DNA of 32,150 nucleotides from the sequence record NC_049388.1. One strand, written 5' to 3'. How positions within the stretch are numbered: position 1 is the stretch's first letter; the number at the start of each line of letters is the position of its first letter. Positions 9,417-19,070 of the stretch are shown here, in pieces. Source of the DNA: Peduovirus P24C9. The translations under genes and the position numbers were made by a program. The notes beneath the pieces were generated by a model. That model ran no database searches. It had not been told where the DNA came from and worked only from the letters and a program-made list of their open reading frames with translations.

Positions 9417-10052
9417 ATGAACACTCTCGCAAATATCCAGGAACTCGCGCGCGCACTGCGCAACATGATCCGCACCGGCCTTGTCGTCGAAACCAACCTT
9501 AAAGCCGGTCGCTGCCGTGTGCAGACCGGCGGCATGTGCACCGACTGGCTTCAGTGGCTGACCTGTCGTGCCGGGCGTTCGCGCACATGGTGGGCACCTT
9601 CCGTGGGGGAACAGGTGCTGATTCTGGCCGTGGGCGGTGAACTCGACACGGCGTTCGTTCTGCCGGGGATTTATTCCGGCGATAACCCTGCGCCGTCTGC
9701 GTCGGCGGATGCACTGCATATCCGTTTTCCTGACGGGGCGGTGATTGAGTATGAACCCGAAACCAGTGCACTCACGGTAAGCGGAATTAAAACGGCCAGC
9801 GTAACGGCTTCTGATTCTGTTACCGCCACGGTGCCGGTGGTCATGGTGAAAGCATCAACCCGCGTCACCCTGGACACACCGGAGGTGGTCTGCACCAACA
9901 GGCTGATTACCGGCACGCTGGAAGTGCAGAAGGGCGGGACGATGCGCGGCAACATTGAACACACCGGCGGTGAACTCTCATCAAACGGTAAGGTACTGCA
10001 TACCCATAAACACCCCGGCGACAGCGGCGGCACAACCGGGAGTCCTCTATGA
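9417..10052 (+). CDS. V: Baseplate central spike protein
   Basis: 211 aa, P2 gpV length and position at the head of the V-W-J-I baseplate block. Confidence 0.85.
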   Translation: MNTLANIQELARALRNMIRTGLVVETNLKAGRCRVQTGGMCTDWLQWLTCRAGRSRTWWAPSVGEQVLILAVGGELDTAFVLPGIYSGDNPAPSASADALHIRFPDGAVIEYEPETSALTVSGIKTASVTASDSVTATVPVVMVKASTRVTLDTPEVVCTNRLITGTLEVQKGGTMRGNIEHTGGELSSNGKVLHTHKHPGDSGGTTGSPL

Positions 10053-10396
10053 CAGCGCGTTATCTCGGAATGAATCGCCGTGATGGCCTGACTGTCACTG
10101 ACCTTGAGCATATCAGCCAGAGTATCGGCGATATCCTGCGCACACCGGTCGGCTCACGGGTGATGCGTCGTGATTACGGCTCGTTGCTGGCGTCAATGAT
10201 TGACCAGCCGCAGACCCCGGCGCTTGAGTTGCAGATTAAGGTCGCCTGTTACATGGCGGTGCTGAAATGGGAACCCCGCGTCACCCTGTCATCCGTCACT
10301 ACGGCGCGCAGTTTTGACGGGCGAATGACGGTCACGTTAACCGGTCAGCACAACGACACCGGTCAGCCACTTTCGTTAACCATCCATGTGAGTTGA
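10049..10396 (+). CDS. W: Baseplate wedge protein W
   Basis: 115 aa, overlaps the V stop; P2 gpW length and position. Confidence 0.85.
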   Translation: MTARYLGMNRRDGLTVTDLEHISQSIGDILRTPVGSRVMRRDYGSLLASMIDQPQTPALELQIKVACYMAVLKWEPRVTLSSVTTARSFDGRMTVTLTGQHNDTGQPLSLTIHVS

Positions 10397-10400
10397 AACC

Positions 10401-11309
10401 ATGCCGATTATCGACCTGAACCAGCTACCCGCACCGGATGTGGTCGAGGAGCTGGACTTTGAAACCATTCTTGCCGAACGCAAGGCGACACTGATTTCCC
10501 TTTACCCGGAAGACCAGCAGGAGGCGGTCGCCCGTACCCTGACGCTGGAATCCGAGCCTCTCGTCAAACTGCTGGAGGAAAACGCTTATCGTGAGCTTAT
10601 CTGGCGTCAGCGTGTGAATGAGGCCGCACGGGCGGTGATGCTGGCCTGTGCAGCCGGTAATGACCTTGATGTGATTGGTGCCAATTACAACACCACGCGC
10701 CTGACTATCACCCCGGCAGATGATTCGACCATTCCGCCGACACCGGCAGTGATGGAATCTGACACCGATTATCGTCTGCGTATTCAGCAGGCGTTTGAGG
10801 GCTTAAGCGTCGCCGGGTCGGTGGGTGCTTATCAGTATCATGGTCGCAGTGCCGACGGGCGTGTCGCGGATATTTCTGTAACCAGTCCGTCTCCGGCCTG
10901 CGTCACCATCTCTGTGCTGTCACGTGAAAATAACGGTGTTGCATCCGAAGACCTGCTGGCCGTGGTGCGTAACGCCCTTAATGGCGAGGACGTCAGGCCG
11001 GTGGCCGACCGCGTGACCGTGCAGTCTGCCGCCATCGTTGAATACCAGATAAACGCCACGCTTTACCTTTACCCTGGTCCCGAAAGCGAACCCATACGCG
11101 CTGCCGCCGTGAAAAAACTGGAAGCGTACATCACGGCACAGCACCGGCTGGGGCGCGACATCCGTCTGTCTGCCATTTATGCCGCTTTGCATGTGGAAGG
11201 CGTGCAGCGTGTCGAGCTGGCCGCACCACTGGCCGACATCGTGCTCAACAGTACGCAGGCGTCTTTCTGCACCGAATGCCGCGTCGTGACCGGAGGCTCG
11301 GATGAGTGA
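10401..11309 (+). CDS. J: Baseplate protein J
   Basis: 302 aa, P2 gpJ length and position. Confidence 0.85.
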   Translation: MPIIDLNQLPAPDVVEELDFETILAERKATLISLYPEDQQEAVARTLTLESEPLVKLLEENAYRELIWRQRVNEAARAVMLACAAGNDLDVIGANYNTTRLTITPADDSTIPPTPAVMESDTDYRLRIQQAFEGLSVAGSVGAYQYHGRSADGRVADISVTSPSPACVTISVLSRENNGVASEDLLAVVRNALNGEDVRPVADRVTVQSAAIVEYQINATLYLYPGPESEPIRAAAVKKLEAYITAQHRLGRDIRLSAIYAALHVEGVQRVELAAPLADIVLNSTQASFCTECRVVTGGSDE

Positions 11310-11832
11310 TTCGCGACTGCTGCCGACCGGCTCATCACCGCTTGAAGTTGCCGCCGCAAAAGCCTGTGCGGAAATTGAAAAAACGCCGGTCAGTATTCGT
11401 GAGCTGTGGAACCCGGATACCTGTCCGGCAAATCTGCTGCCGTGGCTGGCGTGGGCGTTTTCGGTCGACAGGTGGGATGAAAAGTGGCCGGAAGCGACAA
11501 AACGCGCCGTTATCCGCGATGCCTATTTCATCCACTGTCATAAAGGCACTATCGGCGCAATCCGGCGTGTGGTGGAGCCGCTCGGCTATCTCATCAACGT
11601 GACGGAGTGGTGGGAAAACAGTGACCCGCCCGGCACCTTCCGGCTCGATATTGGTGTACTGGAAAGTGGCATCACAGAGGCAATGTATCAGGAAATGGAA
11701 CGGCTGATTGCTGATGCCAAACCCGCAAGTCGCCACCTTATCGGTCTGAACATTATCCAGGACATTCCCGGCTGTCTGTATACAGGCGGTGTGGTCTGTG
11801 ATGGTGATGTTATTACTGTTTATCCCGGATAA
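11302..11832 (+). CDS. I: Baseplate/tail protein I
   Basis: 176 aa, overlaps the J stop; P2 gpI length and position. Confidence 0.85.
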   Translation: MSDSRLLPTGSSPLEVAAAKACAEIEKTPVSIRELWNPDTCPANLLPWLAWAFSVDRWDEKWPEATKRAVIRDAYFIHCHKGTIGAIRRVVEPLGYLINVTEWWENSDPPGTFRLDIGVLESGITEAMYQEMERLIADAKPASRHLIGLNIIQDIPGCLYTGGVVCDGDVITVYPG

Positions 11833-11842
11833 GTGAGAAACA

Positions 11843-14602
11843 ATGAGCACGAAATTTAAAACCGTTATCACTACTGCCGGAGCCGCAAAGCTGGCAGCCG
11901 CCACTGTCCCCGGCGGGAAAAAAGTAAACCTGTCTGCAATGGCCGTGGGTGACGGTAATGGCAAATTGCCGGTGCCGGATGCCGGTCAGACGAAACTGGT
12001 GCATGAGGTCTGGCGTCACGCTCTGAATAAAGTCAGCGTGGATAATAAGAATAAAAACTATATCGTGGCTGAACTGGTGGTACCGCCAGAAGTGGGCGGC
12101 TTCTGGATGCGTGAACTTGGTCTGTATGACGATGCCGGAACACTGATTGCGGTCGCCAACATGGCAGAAAGCTATAAGCCTGAACTGGCTGAAGGCTCCG
12201 GACGTGCGCAGACCTGCCGCATGGTCATTATTGTCAGTAACGTGGCATCCGTTGAGCTGAGTATTGATGCCAGCACAGTGATGGCGACGCAGGATTACGT
12301 CGATGACAAAATCGCAGAGCATGAGCAGTCCCGTCGCCATCCTGACGCCACGCTGACAGAAAAAGGTTTTACTCAGTTAAGCAGTGCAACAAACAGCACC
12401 AGTGAAAAGCTGGCAGCAACGCCAAAGGCAGTAAAAGCAGCCTATGACAATGCTGAAAAACGTATGCAGAAAGACCAGAACGGTGGCGATATTCCAGATA
12501 AGGGCGCTTTTCTGGACAATGTTGGCGTTACCAGCCTGACGTTTATGAAAAACAATGGCGAAATGCCGCTTGATGCTGACCTGAATACATTTGGTCCCGT
12601 TAAGGCTTATCTGGGGATCTGGTCTAAAGCTACCTCAACTAACGCAACACTGGAGAAAAATTTCCCGGAAGATAATGCTGTCGGTGTGCTTGAGGTTTTT
12701 GCTGCCGGCAATTTTGCAGGTACGCAACGCTTTACCACAAGAGACGGCAATGTATACATGCGTAAACTCGCCAATAAGTGGAATGGCACTGATGGTCCGT
12801 GGGGCGTATGGCGTCACACTCAATCAGCTACCCGCCCTTTGAGTACGACTATAGACCTGAATACGCTTGGAGCCGCCGAACATCTTGGTTTATGGCGTAA
12901 CAGTAGCTCGGCTATAGCTTCATATGAACGCAATTATCCAGAGGAAGGCGGCTTTGCTCAGGGGACGCTTGAGATCCTCGAAGGCGGGAATTATGGAAGA
13001 ACGCAACGTTATACCACTCGCCGTGGAAATATGTACGTCCGCTGCCTTGCGGCAAGCTGGGATGCATCAAATCCGCAGTGGGAACCGTGGTTAAGAGTCG
13101 GTCATCAGTCAGAGAGTCGTTATTACGACGGGGATTTGAATGATGTGACTTCACCAGGTATTTACAGCGTTACAGGTAAAGCGACCAACGGTCCAGTACT
13201 GGACGGAAACGGCGTGACAGTCCTCGGTATTCTGGAAGTGTTGAGGCGCTTTGATGGTGTTAACGTATGGCAGCGTTATACAACTGCCGGAACAGGTACA
13301 ACCCTTAAAGGTCGCACGTTTGAGCGTGTTTTTACCGGCAGCTCATGGAGCGAATGGCGGGAAGTTTACACATCTTATTCACTTCCCCTGAATCTGGGCA
13401 TCGGTGGCGCAGTGGCAAAACTATCCAGTCTGGACTGGCAGACCTACGACTTTGTACCGGGTAGTCTGATAACCGTTCGGCTTGATAATATGACCAACAT
13501 TCCCGACGGTATGGACTGGGGCGTCATTGATGGCAACCTGATAAACATCTCAGTCGGTCCGAGTGATGATTCTGGTTCGGGACGCTCGATGCATGTATGG
13601 CGCAGCACTGTAAGTAAGGCCAACTACCGCTTTTTTATGGTGCGTATTTCAGGAAATCCGGGAAGCCGCACGATCACAGCAAGACGAGTACCAATCATTG
13701 ACGAAGCCCAGACATGGGGCGCGAAACAGACATTCAGTGCTGGCCTTTCTGGTGAACTGTCCGGCAATGCGGCGACAGCAACAAAGCTGAAAACAGCCCG
13801 TAAAATTAATAACGTTTCGTTTGATGGAACATCAGATATTAACCTGACGCCGAAAAATATTGGTGCATTTGCTTCAGGAAAAACAGGAGACACCGTTGCG
13901 AATGATAAAGCCGTTGGGTGGAACTGGAGTAGCGGAGCCTATAACGCAACTACTGGTGGGGCATCAACGTTAATTCTTCATTTTAATATCGGTGAAGGAA
14001 GTTGTCCCGCCGCCCAGTTCCGCGTTAATTATAAGAACGGCGGTATTTTTTATCGTTCTGCTCGTGACGGTTACGGATTCGAGGCTGACTGGTCTGAGTT
14101 TTATACCACAACGCGAAAACCTACAGCGGGAGATGTCGGTGCACTGCCGTTATCTGGTGGTCAATTGAATGGTGCTCTGGGTATAGGAACATCCAGTGCT
14201 CTTGGCGGTAATTCGATTGTTTTGGGTGATAATGACACGGGCTTTAAACAAAATGGTGATGGTAATCTGGATGTTTATGCTAATAGCGTCCATATTATGC
14301 GCTTTGTCTCGGGAAGTATTCAAAGTAATAAAACCATAAATATTACGGGGCGTGTTAATCCCTCGGATTACGGTAACTTTGATTCCCGCTATGTCCGGGA
14401 TATCCGGCTTGGTGGTGCTGCCACATACAAACCTGCGAACAATGGCATGACATGGACACATCAGGCACCGTCCGGGTGTGTATATTCCGGCATTATTGTT
14501 CAGGATACCGGCTCAAACTCTGCCGATAACATTGGTGGTGTATATTACAGACCGGTTCAGAAATACATTAACGGGACATGGTATAACGTGGCGCAGGTAT
14601 AA
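11843..14602 (+). CDS. H: Tail fibre protein, with P2 H-like N-terminus and a divergent repeat-containing C-terminal region
   Basis: 919 aa (P2 gpH is shorter, as I recall); the first ~200 aa look P2 H-like; aa ~240-500 hold three ~80-90 aa tandem repeats; DNA becomes visibly AT-richer from ~12300. Confidence 0.85.
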   Translation: MSTKFKTVITTAGAAKLAAATVPGGKKVNLSAMAVGDGNGKLPVPDAGQTKLVHEVWRHALNKVSVDNKNKNYIVAELVVPPEVGGFWMRELGLYDDAGTLIAVANMAESYKPELAEGSGRAQTCRMVIIVSNVASVELSIDASTVMATQDYVDDKIAEHEQSRRHPDATLTEKGFTQLSSATNSTSEKLAATPKAVKAAYDNAEKRMQKDQNGGDIPDKGAFLDNVGVTSLTFMKNNGEMPLDADLNTFGPVKAYLGIWSKATSTNATLEKNFPEDNAVGVLEVFAAGNFAGTQRFTTRDGNVYMRKLANKWNGTDGPWGVWRHTQSATRPLSTTIDLNTLGAAEHLGLWRNSSSAIASYERNYPEEGGFAQGTLEILEGGNYGRTQRYTTRRGNMYVRCLAASWDASNPQWEPWLRVGHQSESRYYDGDLNDVTSPGIYSVTGKATNGPVLDGNGVTVLGILEVLRRFDGVNVWQRYTTAGTGTTLKGRTFERVFTGSSWSEWREVYTSYSLPLNLGIGGAVAKLSSLDWQTYDFVPGSLITVRLDNMTNIPDGMDWGVIDGNLINISVGPSDDSGSGRSMHVWRSTVSKANYRFFMVRISGNPGSRTITARRVPIIDEAQTWGAKQTFSAGLSGELSGNAATATKLKTARKINNVSFDGTSDINLTPKNIGAFASGKTGDTVANDKAVGWNWSSGAYNATTGGASTLILHFNIGEGSCPAAQFRVNYKNGGIFYRSARDGYGFEADWSEFYTTTRKPTAGDVGALPLSGGQLNGALGIGTSSALGGNSIVLGDNDTGFKQNGDGNLDVYANSVHIMRFVSGSIQSNKTINITGRVNPSDYGNFDSRYVRDIRLGGAATYKPANNGMTWTHQAPSGCVYSGIIVQDTGSNSADNIGGVYYRPVQKYINGTWYNVAQV

Positions 14603-14605
14603 TTT

Positions 14606-15133
14606 ATGCAGCATTTAAAAAATATTACGGCGGGTAATCCAAAAACGGTTGAACAATATCAATTGACAAAGGACTTTGATGTTGTCTGGTTTTTTTCAGA
14701 AGATGGTAAGAACTGGTACGAAGAACAAAAGTATTTTGCTGATGACACGATAAAAATAGCGTACGACAAAGATAATATTATCCGCTATGTGGAAAAGGAT
14801 GTGACAGCTATCAGACCGGATGGATTAAGTGTTGTTGAAGTGGCGGATATTACTACTAACCGACGGGCGGACATTTCAGGGGGCTGGATGTTTAAGGACG
14901 GCAAAGTGATTAAACGCATTTATACGGCAGAGGAATTGCTGCAGCAGGCAGAAAACCGGAAAGCCAGACTTCTTGCAGATGCTGAATCCGTGATTTTGCC
15001 GCTGGAGCGCGCGGTCAGACTGAACATGGCAACAGATGAGGAGCGTAGCCGACTGGAAGCATGGGAACGCTACAGCGTTCTGGTCAGTCGTGTGGAGCCT
15101 GCAAATCCTAAATGGCCGGAAATGCCGCAATAA
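14606..15133 (+). CDS. G: Tail fibre assembly chaperone
   Basis: 175 aa directly after H; matches my recollection of P2 gpG (conserved ...[13 protein letters not shown]...PEMPQ C-terminus). Confidence 0.85.
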   Translation: MQHLKNITAGNPKTVEQYQLTKDFDVVWFFSEDGKNWYEEQKYFADDTIKIAYDKDNIIRYVEKDVTAIRPDGLSVVEVADITTNRRADISGGWMFKDGKVIKRIYTAEELLQQAENRKARLLADAESVILPLERAVRLNMATDEERSRLEAWERYSVLVSRVEPANPKWPEMPQ

Positions 15134-15281
15134 GTTGTATGAGCTTACATATCTATTGCGTAGAGTAAAGCATAATCTGACAGTCCGCTCTGTGCCAGAA
15201 GCGGACATAGCAGGTGCCAGATGCATCTGTTATTCTTCATTGAATTGAGCAGTATCCTTAACAGGAACTCTGAATACATAA

Positions 15282-15920
15282 ATGAAGATGAAAAACATGT
15301 CTGAAGTGTTGACCCAAGAAAAGCTTATTTTTGTTGCCCAGAGACTAAAGGCCCTCGCGCAGTCAGGCCTGACCTATTCAAAAGACGTCTTTGACAAGGA
15401 ACGCTATGAAGCCTTGCGTGAAATTGCCGCTGGACTGCTGAGTTCGCAGTTTGATATTAGCCGCAATGATTTGTTTCATGTATCGGAAACGGGTTACGCG
15501 ACGCCCAAAACAGATGTGCGTGCGTTTATCCTGCGCAATAATCGTATTCTGATGGTGAAAGAGGCTGCAGATGGATTATGGAGTCTTCCTGGCGGATGGG
15601 CAGATGTTGGAGATACACCTTCTGAAGCTGTGCGTCGAGAGGTCGAAGAAGAAACCGGATTAAAAGTCAGAGTGACTAAACTATTGGGAGTTTGGGATCG
15701 TAATCTTCACGGCCATCCGCCTTTACCCTGGCATGTTTACAAGCTGATTTTTCTCTGTGAAGAAGTAGGTGGCAGCCTGTCAATCAGCCATGAGTCACTC
15801 GATGCTGATTTTTTTGATGTCAACGACCTGCCTGAATTGTCGCTTTCAAGAATTGTGCCTGAGCAGATTGCTGTCAGCCTGAGAGTAGCGAAAGGTGATG
15901 AAAAAACATGGTTTGATTAA
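15282..15920 (+). CDS. Nudix-family hydrolase with an N-terminal extension (accessory gene)
   Basis: Nudix box GWADVG-D-TPSEAVR-REVEEETGL fits GX5EX7REUXEEXGU with Asp for the first Glu; ~90 aa N-terminal domain; AT-richer than flanks; inserted between G and FI. Confidence 0.8.
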   Translation: MKMKNMSEVLTQEKLIFVAQRLKALAQSGLTYSKDVFDKERYEALREIAAGLLSSQFDISRNDLFHVSETGYATPKTDVRAFILRNNRILMVKEAADGLWSLPGGWADVGDTPSEAVRREVEEETGLKVRVTKLLGVWDRNLHGHPPLPWHVYKLIFLCEEVGGSLSISHESLDADFFDVNDLPELSLSRIVPEQIAVSLRVAKGDEKTWFD

Positions 15921-15943
15921 CTTTCTTCTGCAACCATTAAGGA

Positions 15944-16588
15944 ATGGCAATGATATTCAACGCTAAGGGTTTTTTATTCGATATGGACGGTACGCTGGTT
16001 GATTCAACAGCCGTAGTGGAAAGCGTCTGGAGAGATTTTTGTGCAGAATACGGTCTTGATACTCAGGCTGTGATTGCTTACGCACACGGGCGGCAAACGA
16101 TTGATACACTGACGCATTTTATTGGTGCAGGTGAGAAAACCAATAAAATCGCGGCCTCACTCGAAGAGGTTGAAATCAACACGACAGAAGGCGTTACTGA
16201 AGTAAAAGGGGCCGCTGCACTCTTATCAAAACTGCCACCGGATAGCTGGGCACTTGTCACTTCGGCAGGCAGAATGCTTGCCGAAAACAGGATGAAAGCG
16301 GCTAATCTCCCCTTACCCATAGTAATGGTGTGTGCAGAAGATGTAATGACGGGAAAACCAAGTCCCGAGGGTTACATCAAAGCAGCTTTGGCTTTGGGCC
16401 TTGAGCCTGGTGAATGCGTGGTATTTGAGGATGCATCTGCGGGTATAAAAGCAGGGCTGGCAAGTGGAGCTTCGGTAATAGCTGTTCAGCCTGACGCTCC
16501 GGGATCATCTGAAGCCCATGCCGTCAGCGAACTGTCTGACATTATGGTCAAGATTTCCGGAGAACGTTTCAATATCATCTGTGGTTAA
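15944..16588 (+). CDS. HAD-superfamily phosphatase, YfbT-like sugar-phosphatase subfamily (accessory gene)
   Basis: HAD motif I FLFDMDGTLVDS (DxDGT), conserved Lys in GKPSPEGY, motif IV-like FEDASAGIKAG; overall resemblance to E. coli YfbT as I recall it; RBS aggaatgg precedes the ATG. Confidence 0.8.
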   Translation: MAMIFNAKGFLFDMDGTLVDSTAVVESVWRDFCAEYGLDTQAVIAYAHGRQTIDTLTHFIGAGEKTNKIAASLEEVEINTTEGVTEVKGAAALLSKLPPDSWALVTSAGRMLAENRMKAANLPLPIVMVCAEDVMTGKPSPEGYIKAALALGLEPGECVVFEDASAGIKAGLASGASVIAVQPDAPGSSEAHAVSELSDIMVKISGERFNIICG

Positions 16589-16740
16589 TCACGTTACACA
16601 ATACGCATCAATGGACGCTGAGTAGTTCGCGAGTTTTAAACTTCCAACGTCCGCTTTTCGCTCCAAGCAGACTGTCAGATTTGATAGCGTTTTGGCTATG
16701 TAAATTGTCAGTCGGAAAATGAGTGAATACAAATCAGGAC

Positions 16741-16769
16741 AGGCGGGCTGATTGCCCGCCTTTTCTTTA
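16741..16769 (+). terminator. Rho-independent terminator after the accessory pair
   Basis: Hairpin ggcgggc-tgatt-gcccgcc followed by TTTTCTTT, lying between the HAD stop and the FI start. Confidence 0.65.
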
Positions 16770-16864
16770 TCTGTTGTTTCATCCCCTGACCAGCCAGGTC
16801 AAATAGCGTCTCATGCTCTGCACAACAGAAAATAGTTGCACCCATTAACCACGGAGTTAAACGG

Positions 16865-18055
16865 ATGAGTGACTATCATCACGGCGTGCAGGTGCTGGAG
16901 ATTAACGACGGCACCCGCGTCATTTCCACCGTATCCACTGCCATTGTCGGCATGGTCTGCACGGCCAGCGATGCGGATGCGGAAACCTTTCCCCTCAATA
17001 AACCTGTGCTGATTACCAATGTGCAGAGCGCAATTGCAAAGGCCGGTAAAAAAGGCACGCTGGCGGCGTCGCTGCAGGCCATCGCCGACCAGTCAAAACC
17101 GGTCACCGTTGTTGTGCGCGTGGAAGACGGCACCGGCGACGACGAGGAAACGAAACTTGCGCAGACCGTTTCCAATATCATCGGCACCACCGACGAAAAC
17201 GGTCAGTACACCGGACTGAAAGCCCTGCTGGCGGCGGAGTCAGTAACCGGTGTTAAACCGCGTATTCTCGGCGTGCCGGGACTGGACACCAAAGAGGTGG
17301 CTGTTGCACTGGCATCGGTCTGTCAGAAGCTGCGCGCTTTCGGGTATATCAGCGCATGGGGCTGTAAGACCATTTCCGAGGTGAAAGCCTACCGCCAGAA
17401 TTTCAGCCAGCGTGAGCTGATGGTCATCTGGCCGGATTTCCTCGCATGGGATACGGTCACCAGTACCACCGCCACCGCGTATGCCACCGCCCGTGCGCTG
17501 GGTCTGCGCGCTAAAATCGACCAGGAGCAGGGCTGGCATAAAACGCTGTCCAACGTCGGGGTGAACGGTGTTACCGGCATCAGCGCGTCCGTATTCTGGG
17601 ATTTGCAGGAGTCCGGCACCGATGCTGACCTGCTTAACGAGTCAGGCGTCACAACGCTGATTCGCCGTGACGGTTTCCGCTTCTGGGGTAACCGTACCTG
17701 CTCTGATGACCCGCTGTTCCTCTTTGAAAACTACACCCGCACCGCGCAGGTGCTGGCCGACACGATGGCTGAGGCGCACATGTGGGCGGTGGACAAGCCC
17801 ATCACCGCAACGCTGATTCGCGACATCGTTGACGGCATCAATGCCAAATTCCGTGAGTTGAAAACAAACGGCTATATCGTGGATGCGACCTGCTGGTTCA
17901 GCGAAGAATCCAACGATGCGGAAACCCTCAAGGCCGGAAAACTGTATATCGACTACGACTATACACCGGTACCTCCTCTTGAAAACCTGACCCTGCGCCA
18001 GCGTATTACCGATAAATACCTGGCAAATCTGGTCACCTCGGTTAACAGCAATTAA
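16865..18055 (+). CDS. FI: Tail sheath protein
   Basis: 396 aa, P2 FI length and position, followed by the tube gene. Confidence 0.9.
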   Translation: MSDYHHGVQVLEINDGTRVISTVSTAIVGMVCTASDADAETFPLNKPVLITNVQSAIAKAGKKGTLAASLQAIADQSKPVTVVVRVEDGTGDDEETKLAQTVSNIIGTTDENGQYTGLKALLAAESVTGVKPRILGVPGLDTKEVAVALASVCQKLRAFGYISAWGCKTISEVKAYRQNFSQRELMVIWPDFLAWDTVTSTTATAYATARALGLRAKIDQEQGWHKTLSNVGVNGVTGISASVFWDLQESGTDADLLNESGVTTLIRRDGFRFWGNRTCSDDPLFLFENYTRTAQVLADTMAEAHMWAVDKPITATLIRDIVDGINAKFRELKTNGYIVDATCWFSEESNDAETLKAGKLYIDYDYTPVPPLENLTLRQRITDKYLANLVTSVNSN

Positions 18056-18067
18056 GGAGCCTGACCG

Positions 18068-18586
18068 ATGGCAATGCCGCGCAAACTCAAGTTAATGAAC
18101 GTCTTTCTGAACGGCTACAGCTATCAGGGCGTCGCGAAGTCCGTCACGCTGCCAAAACTGACCCGTAAGCTCGAAAACTATCGCGGTGCGGGGATGAACG
18201 GCAGCGCACCGGTAGACCTCGGCCTTGATGACGATGCGCTGTCAATGGAGTGGTCGCTCGGTGGCTTCCCGGATTCGGTTATCTGGGAGCTTTACGCCGC
18301 AACCGGTGTGGATGCCGTACCGATTCGTTTTGCAGGCTCTTACCAGCGCGACGATACCGGCGAAACGGTGGCCGTCGAGGTGGCCATGCGTGGACGTCAG
18401 AAAGAAATCGACACCGGCGAGGGCAAACAGGGAGAAGACACCGAGTCGAAAATCTCCGTGGTCTGCACCTATTTCCGGCTGACGATGGACGGTAAGGAGC
18501 TGGTCGAAATCGACACCATCAACATGATTGAGAAGGTGAACGGCGTCGACCGGCTGGAGCAACACCGCCGCAATATCGGCCTGTGA
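18068..18586 (+). CDS. FII: Tail tube protein
   Basis: 172 aa, P2 FII length and position. Confidence 0.9.
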   Translation: MAMPRKLKLMNVFLNGYSYQGVAKSVTLPKLTRKLENYRGAGMNGSAPVDLGLDDDALSMEWSLGGFPDSVIWELYAATGVDAVPIRFAGSYQRDDTGETVAVEVAMRGRQKEIDTGEGKQGEDTESKISVVCTYFRLTMDGKELVEIDTINMIEKVNGVDRLEQHRRNIGL

Positions 18587-18642
18587 TTTTCATCCGGTCA
18601 GCCTGGCTGACCGGTTAACCCCGATTCAGAAGTGAGAAAACC

Positions 18643-18918
18643 ATGAACAAAGAAAACGTCATTACCCTGGACAATCCGGTCAAACGTGGTGAGCAGGTTA
18701 TCGAACAGGTCACGCTGATGAAACCCAATGCCGGGACGCTGCGCGGTGTCAGTCTGGCTGCAGTCGCGAACTCCGAAGTCGATGCACTGATTAAAGTGCT
18801 GCCGCGCATGACGGCACCGATGCTGACCGAGCAGGAAGTCGCCGCGCTGGAACTGCCTGACCTTGTGGCGCTGGCCGGTAAGGTGGTCGGTTTTTTGTCG
18901 CCGAACTCGGTGCAGTGA
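18643..18918 (+). CDS. E: Tail assembly chaperone E
   Basis: 91 aa ORF between the tube and tape-measure genes; ends ...VGFLSPNSVQ just after a TTTTTTG run. Confidence 0.85.
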   Translation: MNKENVITLDNPVKRGEQVIEQVTLMKPNAGTLRGVSLAAVANSEVDALIKVLPRMTAPMLTEQEVAALELPDLVALAGKVVGFLSPNSVQ

Positions 18919-19070
18919 CGTTTCCGAAAAATCTCTCGGTCGATGACCTGATGGCGGATGTGGCAGTGATATTTCACTGGCCGCCATCAGAACTGTATCC
19001 CATGAGCCTGACCGAACTCATCACATGGCGCGAAAAGGCGCTCCGGCGAAGCGGAAACACGAATGAGTAA
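18643..19070 (+). CDS. E': E+E' fusion product of programmed -1 ribosomal frameshift
   Basis: Slippery TTTTTTG at 18891-18897; the -1 frame stays open from there to TAA at 19068-19070, translating ...FVAELGAVTFPKNLSVDDLMADVAVIFHWPPSELYPMSLTELITWREKALRRSGNTNE; overlaps the T start. Confidence 0.7.

Noticed and set aside
11335-12340. Minus-strand ORFs of 175-209 aa antisense to I and H
   Set aside because: Antisense shadow ORFs within conserved tail genes.
15036-15248. 70 aa plus-strand ORF spanning the G stop and the G-Nudix gap, with an inverted repeat gtccgc...gcggac at 15183-15206
   Set aside because: Mostly overlaps the G coding end in another frame; the inverted repeat has a 12 nt loop and no T-tract, so it is not a convincing terminator or gene.
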